This document shows, piece after piece, positions 47,956-59,015 of a stretch of 64,000 bases of DNA (positions within the stretch are counted from its first letter, which is position 1; the number at the start of each line of letters is the position of its first letter). The notes under the pieces were generated by a model that saw nothing but the letters and a program-made list of their open reading frames with translations, was not told the DNA's origin and did not search any database. This DNA comes from a virus. Where the stretch lies: IMG/VR virus record IMGVR_UViG_3300029119_000326; one strand, given 5' to 3'. Made by a program: the position numbers and the translations under genes.

Positions 47956-48147
47956 TTGAAAAGTATTCCGAAAAGCCAAAAGCTAATTCTTACATATATT
48001 GCCGAGGGAAAGCCAAAATATTATATTACAAAGAGTAAAACTGAAAAGAAATTCTATCTATATGAGCAAACGAATGAAGAAATTGTGTTTTTAAAGAAAA
48101 ATTCAGTTTCGCCAACAAAATTCACTGAATGTTATTCTAAAAGCTGA
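47956..48147 (+). CDS. hypothetical protein (63 aa)
   Basis: TTG start. Confidence 0.3.
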   Translation: MKSIPKSQKLILTYIAEGKPKYYITKSKTEKKFYLYEQTNEEIVFLKKNSVSPTKFTECYSKS

Positions 48148-48152
48148 GGTGT

Positions 48153-49274
48153 TTGATATTGAAAATAGAAGTTTTAAAAAGTGAATATTATAATTATTTA
48201 AACCTTAATGGCTATTACGAACCTGATATTGCTATTCATTGCGATACGCAAGAAAAAGCCGAAATACTTATGGCAATGTATTATGTCTTAGGGAAAAAAT
48301 GGGGCGTAAATCCGATATTCCTTGAAAAAGAAAATAGATTTGTTACTCGTTGGAAAAAGAATAGAACCGACACCTGTTATCGAATTAGTGCAGAAGATGA
48401 TAGTTGTCTTGTAAACGGTTCAAAAGCATATTATGAAAATAAAAACAATGTAGTTGTTGTTAATTTTAATGAAATATTTAAGTCTGTTGTTAATGAATTA
48501 ACGGAAAATCCTGAAGATTATTATGAGACAAACACAAAGAAAAAAAGTCTATTTGGCAACAAAAAGAAAGAAATCATTCCGTCAAAATCTAATTCATCTG
48601 TTGAAGAAAAGATAATTAACGAGGTGTTACCGGACAATAACTCATCTGTTGAAACTGATAATTCAAATATTGAGTTTGCAGAAACAAGTTCCACCGGAGA
48701 AATTATTTCGGATTCAGATGTTCCTGTTCGGAAAGACACCTCTGAATCAGTTGATTTAGATAATGTTAATACAAATGCTTTTGATTTTGACAACAACGAA
48801 GATGGACCGGAGAAGGATACTAATGTAAGCACAAGTGATAAAGCAGAAAATACTAACGAGAACGGTATTTTTGCATTAGGTGATAAACAAATAAAAAACG
48901 AAGATGAAAATGATGATATATCAAATAATAAGAAGAATAACGATTTTATGAATAAATTCAACAAACTTGTTGAACAGTACGAAGAAAAAGATAAATCGGA
49001 TAGTGAAGTTTCTAATAAACATAATGTTTTAAATTCTGATGTTTCAAGCGGTTTTCATGAATTGGATTATATTCCTATTATGAAACCTTTCATTGTTAAA
49101 AATGACATTTTTGAAGGAAGAATATTCCGATTTAACGAGAATTATTTGCGTGAAGAATTTAAAGCAAAAAACTTTTGGATTCAATGTAATTGTGAATGGG
49201 AATTGTCGCTGATTTTGAAATGTGCTTTTGATAATCAGATTGAACTTCTTTTTGAGGGTAATGATAATGATTAG
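48153..49274 (+). CDS. hypothetical acidic protein
   Basis: D/E/S-rich central region. Confidence 0.4.
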   Translation: MILKIEVLKSEYYNYLNLNGYYEPDIAIHCDTQEKAEILMAMYYVLGKKWGVNPIFLEKENRFVTRWKKNRTDTCYRISAEDDSCLVNGSKAYYENKNNVVVVNFNEIFKSVVNELTENPEDYYETNTKKKSLFGNKKKEIIPSKSNSSVEEKIINEVLPDNNSSVETDNSNIEFAETSSTGEIISDSDVPVRKDTSESVDLDNVNTNAFDFDNNEDGPEKDTNVSTSDKAENTNENGIFALGDKQIKNEDENDDISNNKKNNDFMNKFNKLVEQYEEKDKSDSEVSNKHNVLNSDVSSGFHELDYIPIMKPFIVKNDIFEGRIFRFNENYLREEFKAKNFWIQCNCEWELSLILKCAFDNQIELLFEGNDND

Positions 49275-50469
49275 AAAAAATAAAATTTTATGCGTTCTTT
49301 TATCATTTATTATTGTATTATCTTCTTTACCAATAATAAGCTATGCCGGAACTCCTAATATTCCAAAAAGTTTTTCTGTTGGTTTAGGAGGAACATTGAC
49401 TATACCAGTTGATTTGTCAAATTGTTCAGGAAAGCAAAAAAAATGGAAGATCAATGGTGATGGTTCTGTTGCAACAATATCTTCAAATGGGGATGTTACA
49501 GGAAACAATTTAGGAACTGTGTCAGCCTATTGTTCAACGAGTGCCGGAGAAATCGCAATCTGCAAAGTTACAGTTGTTCCAAGTGCAAATATTTCTATTG
49601 ATAAAGCTAATGTATCACTAAAGATAAGTGATACTGTTAAGTTAAATAGCACTGTTTTTCCGGAAAACGCAGTTCAAAATGTTATTTGGAATTCGCAAAA
49701 TAATTCTGTTGCAACTGTTACTAACGATGGAATTGTTACTGCAGTAGGAAAGGGTTTTACAAAAATTACCTGTATTTCAACTGATGGAACAAATAATAAT
49801 GCAACATGTAACATTACTGTTATAGAACAAACAACTAAACCATTAAAGAAACAACGAAAAAACAAATCAACTACTAAAAAGCGGAAAACAGAAGTGAAAA
49901 CCACAACCACAAAAAAAGAAACTGTTTTGCAAACAGATAAAACAACAAAGAAAAAAATAAAATCTACTTCTGACAATTCTGTGAAAAGAAATGAAGATAA
50001 TATAACTGAAGCTAAGACAACTGCTGCTTCTACAACAAAAAAAATAACTTCAAAAATAAATTTAATTGAAAGTACAACTTCATCACAAAATGAGAGCGAA
50101 AATGAATTTGATATAAATAATGGAGATGAAAGTGTAGCAGACAGCGAATATTCTTTATTTGCAATCAGTAAAAGTAAAAAACCAATTCAAATTACTTGGA
50201 ATAAATTAGAATCGGTATCAGGTTATGAATTATATCAATCAGATAAAGCAAATTTATCAAAACTCAGCTTAATATATGACGGACCACAAAATTATTACAA
50301 TAAGCATTTATATCTAAATGGAAAAAACTATTTTTTTGTAGTTCGTGGATATAGTTTCAACGATAAAGGTGAAAAAATATATATGAATTATTCCAAAGCA
50401 ATTTACATAAAAGCAGTAAACAAATCAATAATAAGAAAAATATTTGATAAATTACAAAAAGATGTGTAA
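49267..50469 (+). CDS. secreted protein with Big_2 (bacterial Ig-like) domains and a T/K-rich linker
   Basis: Signal peptide. VKLNSTVFPENAVQNVIWNSQNNSVATVTNDGIVTAVGKGFTKITCIS Big_2 pattern. Confidence 0.55.
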   Translation: MIRKNKILCVLLSFIIVLSSLPIISYAGTPNIPKSFSVGLGGTLTIPVDLSNCSGKQKKWKINGDGSVATISSNGDVTGNNLGTVSAYCSTSAGEIAICKVTVVPSANISIDKANVSLKISDTVKLNSTVFPENAVQNVIWNSQNNSVATVTNDGIVTAVGKGFTKITCISTDGTNNNATCNITVIEQTTKPLKKQRKNKSTTKKRKTEVKTTTTKKETVLQTDKTTKKKIKSTSDNSVKRNEDNITEAKTTAASTTKKITSKINLIESTTSSQNESENEFDINNGDESVADSEYSLFAISKSKKPIQITWNKLESVSGYELYQSDKANLSKLSLIYDGPQNYYNKHLYLNGKNYFFVVRGYSFNDKGEKIYMNYSKAIYIKAVNKSIIRKIFDKLQKDV

Positions 50470-50482
50470 AAACTATTTTATT

Positions 50483-50492
50483 TTACTATATA
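50483..50492 (+). promoter_or_regulatory. TTACTATATA promoter-like motif
   Basis: Upstream of the HPF gene. A variant AACTATATAA lies at ~50568. Confidence 0.4.
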
Positions 50493-50601
50493 ACATCAGA
50501 AAAGAAAAACAGCATATTTTTTGCTTTGAAAATATTTTATAAAAAATATGTAAAAAAGCAAAATAATAACTATATAACATTGTAACAAAAGAGGAAATGA
50601 A

Positions 50602-51162
50602 ATGTTAAATAAGAATTTTGTAGTAAAGGGTTTTGAGCTTATAGATGAAGAAAAAGAAATAATTTCATCAAAAGTAGACAAGCTTGATAAAAAAATAAAA
50701 ATCAATACAGATGTAACGATTAAAATCAGAACAGCGGCGAGTGGAGACTACAAGTCAACTGTTTCGTTTACATTACTTGGAAAATTTATTAAGGGTGAAG
50801 GTAAAAATAAAAAATCACCTATACCGGCAGTAAATGAAGCCATTGATGATGCAATTCGCAAATATAGAAAGCTTAAGGATAATCGTTTTGAAAAGCAAGG
50901 AAATAAAATTTCTAAACTTCTTGAACCTAAAGCTGTTCTAAAAAATGTCAATATGAAAGAATATGACAACTTTGGCTCAATGTCTGAAAAAATAACAAAG
51001 AAAAAATATATTGAATTAAGACCTCAAACTATTGACGAAGCCATTGACGAAATGCTGTTTCTCGGAGAAAAATTTTATATGTTTAAAAACCTTGATGGTG
51101 AAACTTGTACAATTTTCAAAAGAAACAATAATCAAGGATTCGGATTGTTAGTGTCGAAGTAA
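50602..51162 (+). CDS. hpf: ribosome hibernation promoting factor, long form (HPF/YvyD-like)
   Basis: N-terminal NFVVKGFELIDEEKEII... and C-terminal LRPQTIDEAIDEMLFLGEKFYMFKNLDGETCTIFKRNNNQGFGLLVSK match long-HPF domains. Confidence 0.75.
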   Translation: MLNKNFVVKGFELIDEEKEIISSKVDKLDKKIKINTDVTIKIRTAASGDYKSTVSFTLLGKFIKGEGKNKKSPIPAVNEAIDDAIRKYRKLKDNRFEKQGNKISKLLEPKAVLKNVNMKEYDNFGSMSEKITKKKYIELRPQTIDEAIDEMLFLGEKFYMFKNLDGETCTIFKRNNNQGFGLLVSK

Positions 51163-51174
51163 GGAGTACATATT

Positions 51175-51663
51175 ATGTTTAAATTAGAAATAAGAAGTGA
51201 TAATTATAATATTTATTCTTCTGATTTTGATGAATTTAAGAGAAATGAAAATGATAAATATTCATTAAAAACAACTTATTATTTCCAAAATCGCAGTGAT
51301 GCGATTAAATTCATTGAAAAATTTCTCGTCGATTTTTGTAAATATACAAAAATTCAAAAGGTTAATAACTGTCAAAGCATTTATCCTAATTCAAAAATAA
51401 CTGATAATCAAAGAAAAACATTTCTACGCACAGTACGAAGGTTTGTTCCTGATTTCGGAAAAATATCACAATCTTATAAATGTTTTGATATATTGTTTTT
51501 TATATCTGGCGGAAGCGCAAGTAGAGTAACACCTTTAAGCTTCAATTTAAAGGAAATTAACTATGATTCTACTTTAAGCAATGCAATTAAAATTACAGAA
51601 AAGTATTCTAAAAATTTTGCATTGTTTATATTAAGTTCGCCTGAAGATGTAAAAAACATTTAG
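51175..51663 (+). CDS. hypothetical protein
   Basis: ORF. Confidence 0.4.
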   Translation: MFKLEIRSDNYNIYSSDFDEFKRNENDKYSLKTTYYFQNRSDAIKFIEKFLVDFCKYTKIQKVNNCQSIYPNSKITDNQRKTFLRTVRRFVPDFGKISQSYKCFDILFFISGGSASRVTPLSFNLKEINYDSTLSNAIKITEKYSKNFALFILSSPEDVKNI

Positions 51664-51788
51664 TATGATTTATTTGCGTATATAGCCAAATGCTTTAACT
51701 AAAAAGATTTCTTCGAGCAAATAAGTGGTCAGAAGGTTATTGCATTTGGATTATATAAATATAAAAACATGAAAGGAGGAGGATACCA

Positions 51789-52496
51789 ATGATGAAGAAA
51801 ATTCAGAAAGCACTCGCGATTTGTATGTCAGTAGCTTGTATTGCCGGTTATTCTACACCAGCTCTTGCTGCATCTACAAATGTAAACTCTGTCGGTTCTG
51901 TTGTTGCAGATGCAGCTGCAGACGATCAAAGCGAAAATAACTATGGTTCACAAGGAATTGTAGGTAAGGATGCTACACAGCAGAAAGAATCAGAATACTC
52001 TAAATATGCTAACACTGATAAAACAGTTGAAAACGGTAATGCTGCATCAACAGATGTTTATGCAACACAATCATCAACTTTCTCAGTCGTTGCACCGGTT
52101 GTACTCGTAATGGATGGTTCTGCCGAAAATGAAACTCATAAGGCTGTCGGACAAATTCAGGTTGCAGGAAACCTTGCAGGTAACGAATATGTTGAAGTGA
52201 CACCGCAAGATGCTGATACACAAAAAGACGGTATTAACTTTGCATTGAAACAAACAGGCAAGAGCGATGTAGTTGCTACAATTGTTCAGGATAAAACAAA
52301 GTTCTGTACAGCAACAAGTGGTACTGTTGCAGACATGGATAATATGACTAAAGGTCTTACAACAAGTCTTGCAGATACTACAGCAACAATTACTGTTACT
52401 GCTGATGATTCAACTAAAAGCGGCGATGCCGGTATTTCAGCAGGTTCATGGCATGGTCAATATAATACTAATATTGCACTTAATGTAGCTGAATAA
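51789..52496 (+). CDS. secreted protein, paralog family core module (shared N-terminal domain only)
   Basis: Signal peptide ...ALAASTNVNSVGSV. Block STDVYATQSSTFSVVAPVV...AGSWHGQYNTNIALNV is shared with 54589 and 56293. Confidence 0.55.
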   Translation: MMKKIQKALAICMSVACIAGYSTPALAASTNVNSVGSVVADAAADDQSENNYGSQGIVGKDATQQKESEYSKYANTDKTVENGNAASTDVYATQSSTFSVVAPVVLVMDGSAENETHKAVGQIQVAGNLAGNEYVEVTPQDADTQKDGINFALKQTGKSDVVATIVQDKTKFCTATSGTVADMDNMTKGLTTSLADTTATITVTADDSTKSGDAGISAGSWHGQYNTNIALNVAE

Positions 52497-52626
52497 CTTG
52501 GCAAAAAGTATTTTCTCAACCAAAACAAAAGTTAGTTCATCTTTCTTTTTGTACGGTTGAGAAAATTTGTATTATAAATATTATATGTGTATTTAATATT
52601 TATATTTTTTAAGGAGGAAAATATAT

Positions 52627-53679
52627 TTGAAAGAAAAAAAGCTTAAAGAAGTGTTTGTTACAGATGTAAATAAATATCCATATTTGCATGAAATTCTTGA
52701 TGATGAAGATGTTGAAAACTTAAAGATATTTAAGAAGGATAAAAAAATAATTCCATTCGATTATCTCACAAAAAAGCAATTTAAAGAAATTCTTGACGAT
52801 GAAGATTGTCAGGCTAAAGTTATCGGTAATGTAAGACTTCGTGATAAGTATCATAGAGAAGTTAAAAATAAAAACCAAAAAACTAAAACAAAAAAGAAAT
52901 CAAATGTAATAGGTTGTTTTCACACATATTTCAACGATGAATATATCGAAAAGCATCCTAATGAAGAGTTTAACGAAACTCATACATATGAATTAAATCT
53001 TTATAAGCCTAAAGATACATCTTGCATTGGCTATGCTTATATTGGTAACAATAAGTTTGTACGAATTGAAAATGAACATTATTTCTTTGTTTTCCTTCTT
53101 ATCATGATTATGATTGCCGCTGTTGTTTTAGGTGTGTATCTTATTCCGAAAATTGATATTAACAAATCAAAAGACTTTGAAAACGGTGATTATACTTCAC
53201 CAAATAGTTTCAATTTGTCATACGAAAATAACATTCAATTTGATTTTGTTAACCATTATACTATTGATAAGGAACATACTTATTTGCCAATCGGCAATCC
53301 TGAAAAAAATCAATTTTCTTATAAAGTAAAAGTATATCTTGTTAAACCAGATGATATAAGCAAAAAAAATTACCTTACTACCATAAAAGATAGCGATGGT
53401 AATGATATTCTCTGTTTTGATATGAATAAAAATGGAATAGTTGACAAAAACGAATCGGTTGTTGATGAATTAGTCTGGGAAACGAAACTAATTGAACCGG
53501 GTGGAAATCCGGCTAAAGTTGAGCTGTATGATATTCTCCCAAAAGGAACTTATTATTTGGCGTTTAAATATAGTTTAAGTCAGAAAGACGGTACTGATAT
53601 TACAACACCGGATAATCAAAAATATTCGGTTCAAAACGGTTTTACGGCTGTTACAACTACAATTGATGTAGTTAAATAA
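52627..53679 (+). CDS. hypothetical membrane protein
   Basis: TTG start after aggagg; internal TM. Confidence 0.45.
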   Translation: MKEKKLKEVFVTDVNKYPYLHEILDDEDVENLKIFKKDKKIIPFDYLTKKQFKEILDDEDCQAKVIGNVRLRDKYHREVKNKNQKTKTKKKSNVIGCFHTYFNDEYIEKHPNEEFNETHTYELNLYKPKDTSCIGYAYIGNNKFVRIENEHYFFVFLLIMIMIAAVVLGVYLIPKIDINKSKDFENGDYTSPNSFNLSYENNIQFDFVNHYTIDKEHTYLPIGNPEKNQFSYKVKVYLVKPDDISKKNYLTTIKDSDGNDILCFDMNKNGIVDKNESVVDELVWETKLIEPGGNPAKVELYDILPKGTYYLAFKYSLSQKDGTDITTPDNQKYSVQNGFTAVTTTIDVVK

Positions 53680-53684
53680 CATTA

Positions 53685-54239
53685 TTGTTTATGCTGAAAG
53701 ATAATGAAAAGGTTCTCAAACTAAAAATAAAAAAAATATCATCTTTTTTTCTTACATTTGGACTTGTTCTTTTCTTCTTATTGGCTATCAGACATTATGT
53801 CTGTACCCCAATATATATTCCCTCTGAATCAATGAGCGAAACATTACAAGTTAATGATTTGCTGTTGATGTCAAAAATTTCCTATAATGTTTCAAAACCC
53901 GAAAGAAAAGATATTGTTGTTTTTTCCTCTGATCAAGTTGATGAAAAGGAAACAATACTAATTAAAAGAATTATCGGTCTTCCGGGCGATAAAATTGAAA
54001 TAAAAAAGGGAAATGTTTATGTGAATAATAAACTTCTTAGTGAGTCTTATGCTAAAAAAGACAATTTTTCCGGCACATTTGTTGTTCCAAAAAACAAATA
54101 CTTTGTCCTTGGAGACAACAGAGAGGACTCTTTAGATTCACGATACTGGGATAATCCTTATGTAGATAAAGATGATATAATTGGCAAAGCGATTTTTAAA
54201 TACTATCCAAAATTTGAAAATATTTATAAGAAAAAATGA
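53685..54239 (+). CDS. signal peptidase I (S26, P-type)
   Basis: ESMSETL (Ser box). IKRIIGLPGDKIEIKKGNVYVNN (Lys box). GDNREDSLDSRYW. Confidence 0.8.
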   Translation: MFMLKDNEKVLKLKIKKISSFFLTFGLVLFFLLAIRHYVCTPIYIPSESMSETLQVNDLLLMSKISYNVSKPERKDIVVFSSDQVDEKETILIKRIIGLPGDKIEIKKGNVYVNNKLLSESYAKKDNFSGTFVVPKNKYFVLGDNREDSLDSRYWDNPYVDKDDIIGKAIFKYYPKFENIYKKK

Positions 54240-54339
54240 AACAACCGTAGACATATGGGGATTGCTCAAATAATAGAGAAGCTATGTTTATATAGCGGAT
54301 GTTATAAATTTATAAAAGACTGAAAGAACTGATTGTATT

Positions 54340-54528
54340 ATGAGAAAATTATTGGCAATTTTGGTCGTGTTAGCCATAGTTGGAGCATTAATAGTCGGAA
54401 TATCAGGAAAAGATATTGTTGATTATTGTATCAATTTTATGAAAAATCTATGTGTCTTTATTCTGAATTGGCTTAAACAGATAGCTGATTTTATTCAGGA
54501 CTATATAATATCTCATGTGGCTTCGTAA
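54340..54528 (+). CDS. small membrane protein (62 aa)
   Basis: Hydrophobic N-terminus. Confidence 0.3.
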   Translation: MRKLLAILVVLAIVGALIVGISGKDIVDYCINFMKNLCVFILNWLKQIADFIQDYIISHVAS

Positions 54529-54588
54529 TATAAGGACACTCATTTGAGTGTCCTTGCTTTATTATAAATTAGAATAGAGAGGTAAAAT

Positions 54589-56265
54589 ATGATAAAAAAT
54601 AAACTTATAAATAAAATTATAGCTGTTTCTTTGACGGCGCTGACATTATCAAGTTCCGCAGTACCGGCTATGGCAGCTACACAAAATGTTAATTCAATAG
54701 CTTCAGTCGCAGAAGATATTTCGAATTCACAAAAAGTAGGTCAAGATAAAAATCAAAGTAAGCAAACTAAATATAGTGAATATCAAGATGATACAAATGC
54801 ATCAACTGATGTATATATCACACAAACATCAACTTTTTCGGTAACGGCACCGGTAATTGCAATACTCAATGGTCAACCTGATGACAGCGGTAATTATACA
54901 GGCGATGTAAAATACAGTGTTAAAGGTAATATTGCATCAAACGAAATTGTTAAGGTAGTTCCGGACAATTCGTTATCCTTATCTCAACCCGGCAAAGATG
55001 ATATTGAATGTTCAATTGTTGGAAAAAATAATGAAGTTGCAAAAACAGAATTCACTTATGCTGATGGTCTTCGTGCTAAAAAAGAGTTAAGTCAAGAATA
55101 CACTTTGACTACACAAGATATTACGGCAGGTTCATGGCATGGTAATTTTAACACAAATATTTCACTTGAAAACAATCTTAAATGGTATGATATTACAGAT
55201 AAGATTGATTTAGCAAACGGTGAAAATGCTCGTTGGAATATGTTCGGTATACTGACGAAAGGCAATTCAAAAAATGAGTACAGAACGGTAAATATTCCTG
55301 TTCAACAAGGAGAAAAATATAGAGTAACTGGTGTCGTTTATGGTAGCGATAGATTGTTAACAGCAAGATCTGAACTTGGATATGGTTCTCAGTATACAAT
55401 TGATAATCAAATGATTCCGGCAAACAATATCAATGGAACAGGAACTATTAAAGAACAAGTATTGACTATACCAGAAGGCGCAAAATGGTTATGTATATCA
55501 TCATCAAAGTTTGCTTTGTCACAGTTCAAGCTTGAAAAACTTAGTGATGATTCTGTAAACATTACTTCTTATTCAAGTGAAAATTTCAAATGGGAATTTG
55601 ATAAGCCATATTTGACATTTACTGTTGATGATACAAATGACAATATTGACGAAATTGCAAAAGTTTTTGCAAAACACAATATGCCTTGTAATTACGCAAC
55701 ACAGTATTCAAGAATTAACGGCACTGCAAATAACGGCGAAACAAAAAAAGATATATTATTGAAAGCCCAAGAATCAGGTAGCGAAATTTTGGCTCATCAT
55801 TATCTTGTTCTTGATGATAAATCAACAGAAAATGATTATACCGAAATATACGAAAATATAAAAACACAACTTGAAAAAGCCGGCTTTATTGTAAATGGTA
55901 TTATTGTTTCGGGCGGTTCAACATATTCGAAGCAAGATTTTTCTAAGTCAACAAAACATGCTTACGCTGCTGGTTACTTATATTCGGATTTAACAGCGAC
56001 AAATAATGTATATAATCATAGATATTATAATAGCAGAATTTTTAATGACTCCGCAGATATTAGTTATTGGAAAACTCAAATTGATAATTTGGTGAATGAC
56101 GGTTCTGGTTGGTTAAATATTGGTTCACATGTTGATGCGCAATGGTCAAGTGGTCACACAATGAATCCTGAAATGATTGATAAAATACTTACTTATTGTG
56201 AAGAAAAAGGTGTTGAGGTAACAACTTGGAATTCGCTTTATAATAATTGTGGCGTAAACAAATAA
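54589..56265 (+). CDS. secreted paralog with shared N-terminal module + C-terminal NodB-like (polysaccharide deacetylase-like) domain
   Basis: Signal peptide AMAATQNVNS. Shared block. C-terminal FTVDDTNDNIDEIAKVFAKHNMP. Confidence 0.5.
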   Translation: MIKNKLINKIIAVSLTALTLSSSAVPAMAATQNVNSIASVAEDISNSQKVGQDKNQSKQTKYSEYQDDTNASTDVYITQTSTFSVTAPVIAILNGQPDDSGNYTGDVKYSVKGNIASNEIVKVVPDNSLSLSQPGKDDIECSIVGKNNEVAKTEFTYADGLRAKKELSQEYTLTTQDITAGSWHGNFNTNISLENNLKWYDITDKIDLANGENARWNMFGILTKGNSKNEYRTVNIPVQQGEKYRVTGVVYGSDRLLTARSELGYGSQYTIDNQMIPANNINGTGTIKEQVLTIPEGAKWLCISSSKFALSQFKLEKLSDDSVNITSYSSENFKWEFDKPYLTFTVDDTNDNIDEIAKVFAKHNMPCNYATQYSRINGTANNGETKKDILLKAQESGSEILAHHYLVLDDKSTENDYTEIYENIKTQLEKAGFIVNGIIVSGGSTYSKQDFSKSTKHAYAAGYLYSDLTATNNVYNHRYYNSRIFNDSADISYWKTQIDNLVNDGSGWLNIGSHVDAQWSSGHTMNPEMIDKILTYCEEKGVEVTTWNSLYNNCGVNK

Positions 56266-56292
56266 TTTCTACATAAGTTCAGGAGGTTTTAT

Positions 56293-58914
56293 ATGAAAAT
56301 AAAAAAAATAATTTCTATTATTTTAGCCAATATAATTATTTTCTCTTATGCAACAACAACTTATGCAGCAACAGAATACAAAAATTCATCCGGTTCTGTT
56401 GCGGAGGATATAACGAACACCGATATAGTAGGTGTAGATGAAAATCAAAATGCTCAAACAAAGTATAATGAATTTAATGTTGATAACAGTGCTATAACAA
56501 GCGTATATGTTTCGCAAGCTTCTACTTTTTCTGTTATAGCACCTGTAATTGCCACAATGAATGGAGAAGCAGACAAAAATGGAAATTATACAGGTACAAT
56601 TAAATACAGTGTTACCGGAAATATCGCCGGCAATGAAGTAGTTACAGTAGAACCGGATTCATCCTTTGAATTAAAACAACCTGAAAAAGAAAATATTTTA
56701 TGTAATATTGTATCAAAAGATGGAAACACTGCAAAAACTAAATTTACTTACGGTGAAGGATTAAAAATAGGTAATACAGTATCACAAGAATACACTTTAA
56801 CTACAAAAGATGTAACGGCAGGTTCTTGGGTTGGATATTTTTCAACAAATATTTCTATTTCTGATTCGGAAAAATTTTATTCTTCAGTTAAAAAAGCTGT
56901 TGATGATGCTAATAATTTAACAACCGAGAATGCTGACATTTCTGTAAGTAATGTGAATAACGCAGTAGCAAGTCTTTTTGTGTCGAATAACAATGCTTAT
57001 ATAACTTTATTAAATGATGCAAGTGATGTTGAAGCACTAACATTAAACAACAATACAGTTTTGGATTTACAAAATAATTCATTATCTTTTAAAACAGGCA
57101 AAAATCTTGTTTTTAATAAAGACTTTACAATTCTAAACGGAAATGTTATTTCGACTGATACAAATAAAACAATTCAAGGCTCAACAAGCAATACGAGTGG
57201 TGAATTTTATTTGAATGACATTAAACTTACACAAAATGTTACTTCATCAATCAGTTTTACTGCAATAGGCGTTGACATAAGCACTCTAAATTCAACATTT
57301 AGAAATTTTAGTATAATTCAACAAGGAAACGGCAATAACTCACACAATACATTAGGAATTGCAACACGAAATAAAAGTACGGATTCAAACACACTAATTG
57401 ATAATTTTAACTTTGACTCAACAATAACTGGCGGAGATTATCAGACTGCTGTTCAGCCATTTGGAAATACTGTAATAAGTAATTTTAACATTACTATAAA
57501 TACCGTTAATGCAGGTACAAGGGCATTTAATGCTTCACAATCAGCTGTTAATTTCACTGCTAAAAGTGGAAATATTGATTTGAAAACAAATCGTGAAATA
57601 AACGATAATAAAACATTTGCAGTAAATATATGTGCTTCTGTGGCAAGTAATATAAAAGATGTAAATATAAATTTAAAAGGAAACACATCTGAAATAAGAG
57701 GTATACAGATTCCATCTAATTCTTACAATAATAAGTTAGAAAATGTAACAATAAATCTCGAATCAAATTCAAATAATATATTTGGAATTGCAACTTTTGG
57801 TAATGATTTAACAATGATTGATTCAGATATTCAAGTAAACTCGAAAAACGCTCAAAATGGTAACGCAATTTGCGGAATTACCGGAAATAATAAATATACA
57901 AACGAATATTTAAAAGTAATCAATTCAAAAATTTCTGTTAATTCTGAAGGAAATAATCAACCTGTTGTTAGCGGAATGGAACTTTGGAAATATGATTTAG
58001 ATGTCAATGGAAGTGAAATCACAACGAATTCTGTCAACTCAAATCAGGATTACGGAATTCAAACTACTAATGAAAATATAAATATTGTAAATACTAATGT
58101 TACTTGCAATACGAAGAATGTAACCACCGGTGCTGCAGTTAAAGTTGAAAATGATTCAAATGTTACAAATAAAAAAACCTATATAACAAAATCTGATATA
58201 TACGGAACACATAATGGTGTTATTACATCGGAAAAAAATAAAACTGAAATTAAAAATTCAAATATTACTTCTGCAACTGAACCAATCACAATTAAAGAAA
58301 ATACTGATGTTTATGATTCAAAAATTAAAACTATCAATAGAGATAAGTATAGTGCCAAAGAAATAGGTCCTTCATTTTTTTCAGTAAAAATCATAAGAAG
58401 TGATAATAATGATTCGGCTCGTAATACAATAAATTTCTATAATTGTGAAATAGGAAATCCTATGGATGATGTTTCAAATTATTCATATTACACTTTTCTT
58501 ACCTATAATGATAGTTGTACATCATGTCCTTTCGATGTTAACATTTATGATTCAATAACATATAAAGGTAAAACAAATTATATTTATTTAGGTACACCTA
58601 TTTCATCTTTTGTGAAAAAGGGAATAAAAAAATCGACAACATATAATCTATATGGTTCAACAAAAATAATGAAAGATAATCAAACTGAAATATCGAAAGA
58701 ACAGATTGCATCGGATATTGAATACTTTAATGATCAAAATAACTGGACTTATCCAATAAGAGGTAATGCAAGTGATTCTACACCAGATGATGAAAAGTAT
58801 TATGCATCATTATGGACTCCTAATAGAATTATTGAAGCGCATTATTATTGTGCAGACGGTACACCAAAGTCATATGCATACGAAGATACATGTGGATTGC
58901 ATGATAAACGATGA
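56293..58914 (+). CDS. secreted paralog with shared N-terminal module + long parallel beta-helix-like (pectate-lyase fold-like) C-terminal region
   Basis: Signal peptide. Shared block. Many N-x-T/N-x-N/I-x-I repeats. Confidence 0.5.
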   Translation: MKIKKIISIILANIIIFSYATTTYAATEYKNSSGSVAEDITNTDIVGVDENQNAQTKYNEFNVDNSAITSVYVSQASTFSVIAPVIATMNGEADKNGNYTGTIKYSVTGNIAGNEVVTVEPDSSFELKQPEKENILCNIVSKDGNTAKTKFTYGEGLKIGNTVSQEYTLTTKDVTAGSWVGYFSTNISISDSEKFYSSVKKAVDDANNLTTENADISVSNVNNAVASLFVSNNNAYITLLNDASDVEALTLNNNTVLDLQNNSLSFKTGKNLVFNKDFTILNGNVISTDTNKTIQGSTSNTSGEFYLNDIKLTQNVTSSISFTAIGVDISTLNSTFRNFSIIQQGNGNNSHNTLGIATRNKSTDSNTLIDNFNFDSTITGGDYQTAVQPFGNTVISNFNITINTVNAGTRAFNASQSAVNFTAKSGNIDLKTNREINDNKTFAVNICASVASNIKDVNINLKGNTSEIRGIQIPSNSYNNKLENVTINLESNSNNIFGIATFGNDLTMIDSDIQVNSKNAQNGNAICGITGNNKYTNEYLKVINSKISVNSEGNNQPVVSGMELWKYDLDVNGSEITTNSVNSNQDYGIQTTNENINIVNTNVTCNTKNVTTGAAVKVENDSNVTNKKTYITKSDIYGTHNGVITSEKNKTEIKNSNITSATEPITIKENTDVYDSKIKTINRDKYSAKEIGPSFFSVKIIRSDNNDSARNTINFYNCEIGNPMDDVSNYSYYTFLTYNDSCTSCPFDVNIYDSITYKGKTNYIYLGTPISSFVKKGIKKSTTYNLYGSTKIMKDNQTEISKEQIASDIEYFNDQNNWTYPIRGNASDSTPDDEKYYASLWTPNRIIEAHYYCADGTPKSYAYEDTCGLHDKR

Positions 58915-58924
58915 AGATGAAACA

Positions 58925-58960
58925 AAAGAGAGAAATCGTTATTGATTTCTCTCTTTTGTT
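58925..58960 (+). terminator. rho-independent terminator
   Basis: Perfect 13-bp stem aaagagagaaatc/gatttctctcttt followed by ttttgtt. Confidence 0.6.
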
Positions 58961-58979
58961 ATGTACTTTTTTGTTTTTT

Positions 58980-58989
58980 TTACTATATA
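58980..58989 (+). promoter_or_regulatory. TTACTATATA promoter-like motif
   Basis: Upstream of the sortase gene. Confidence 0.4.
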
Positions 58990-59015
58990 AACATGAATAG
59001 CAAAGGAGGATTCTT

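Noticed and set aside
53132-53329. 65-aa + strand ORF nested in frame-shifted register inside the 52627-53679 gene
   Set aside because: It is an overlapping alternative frame of a supported longer ORF and has no independent signals.
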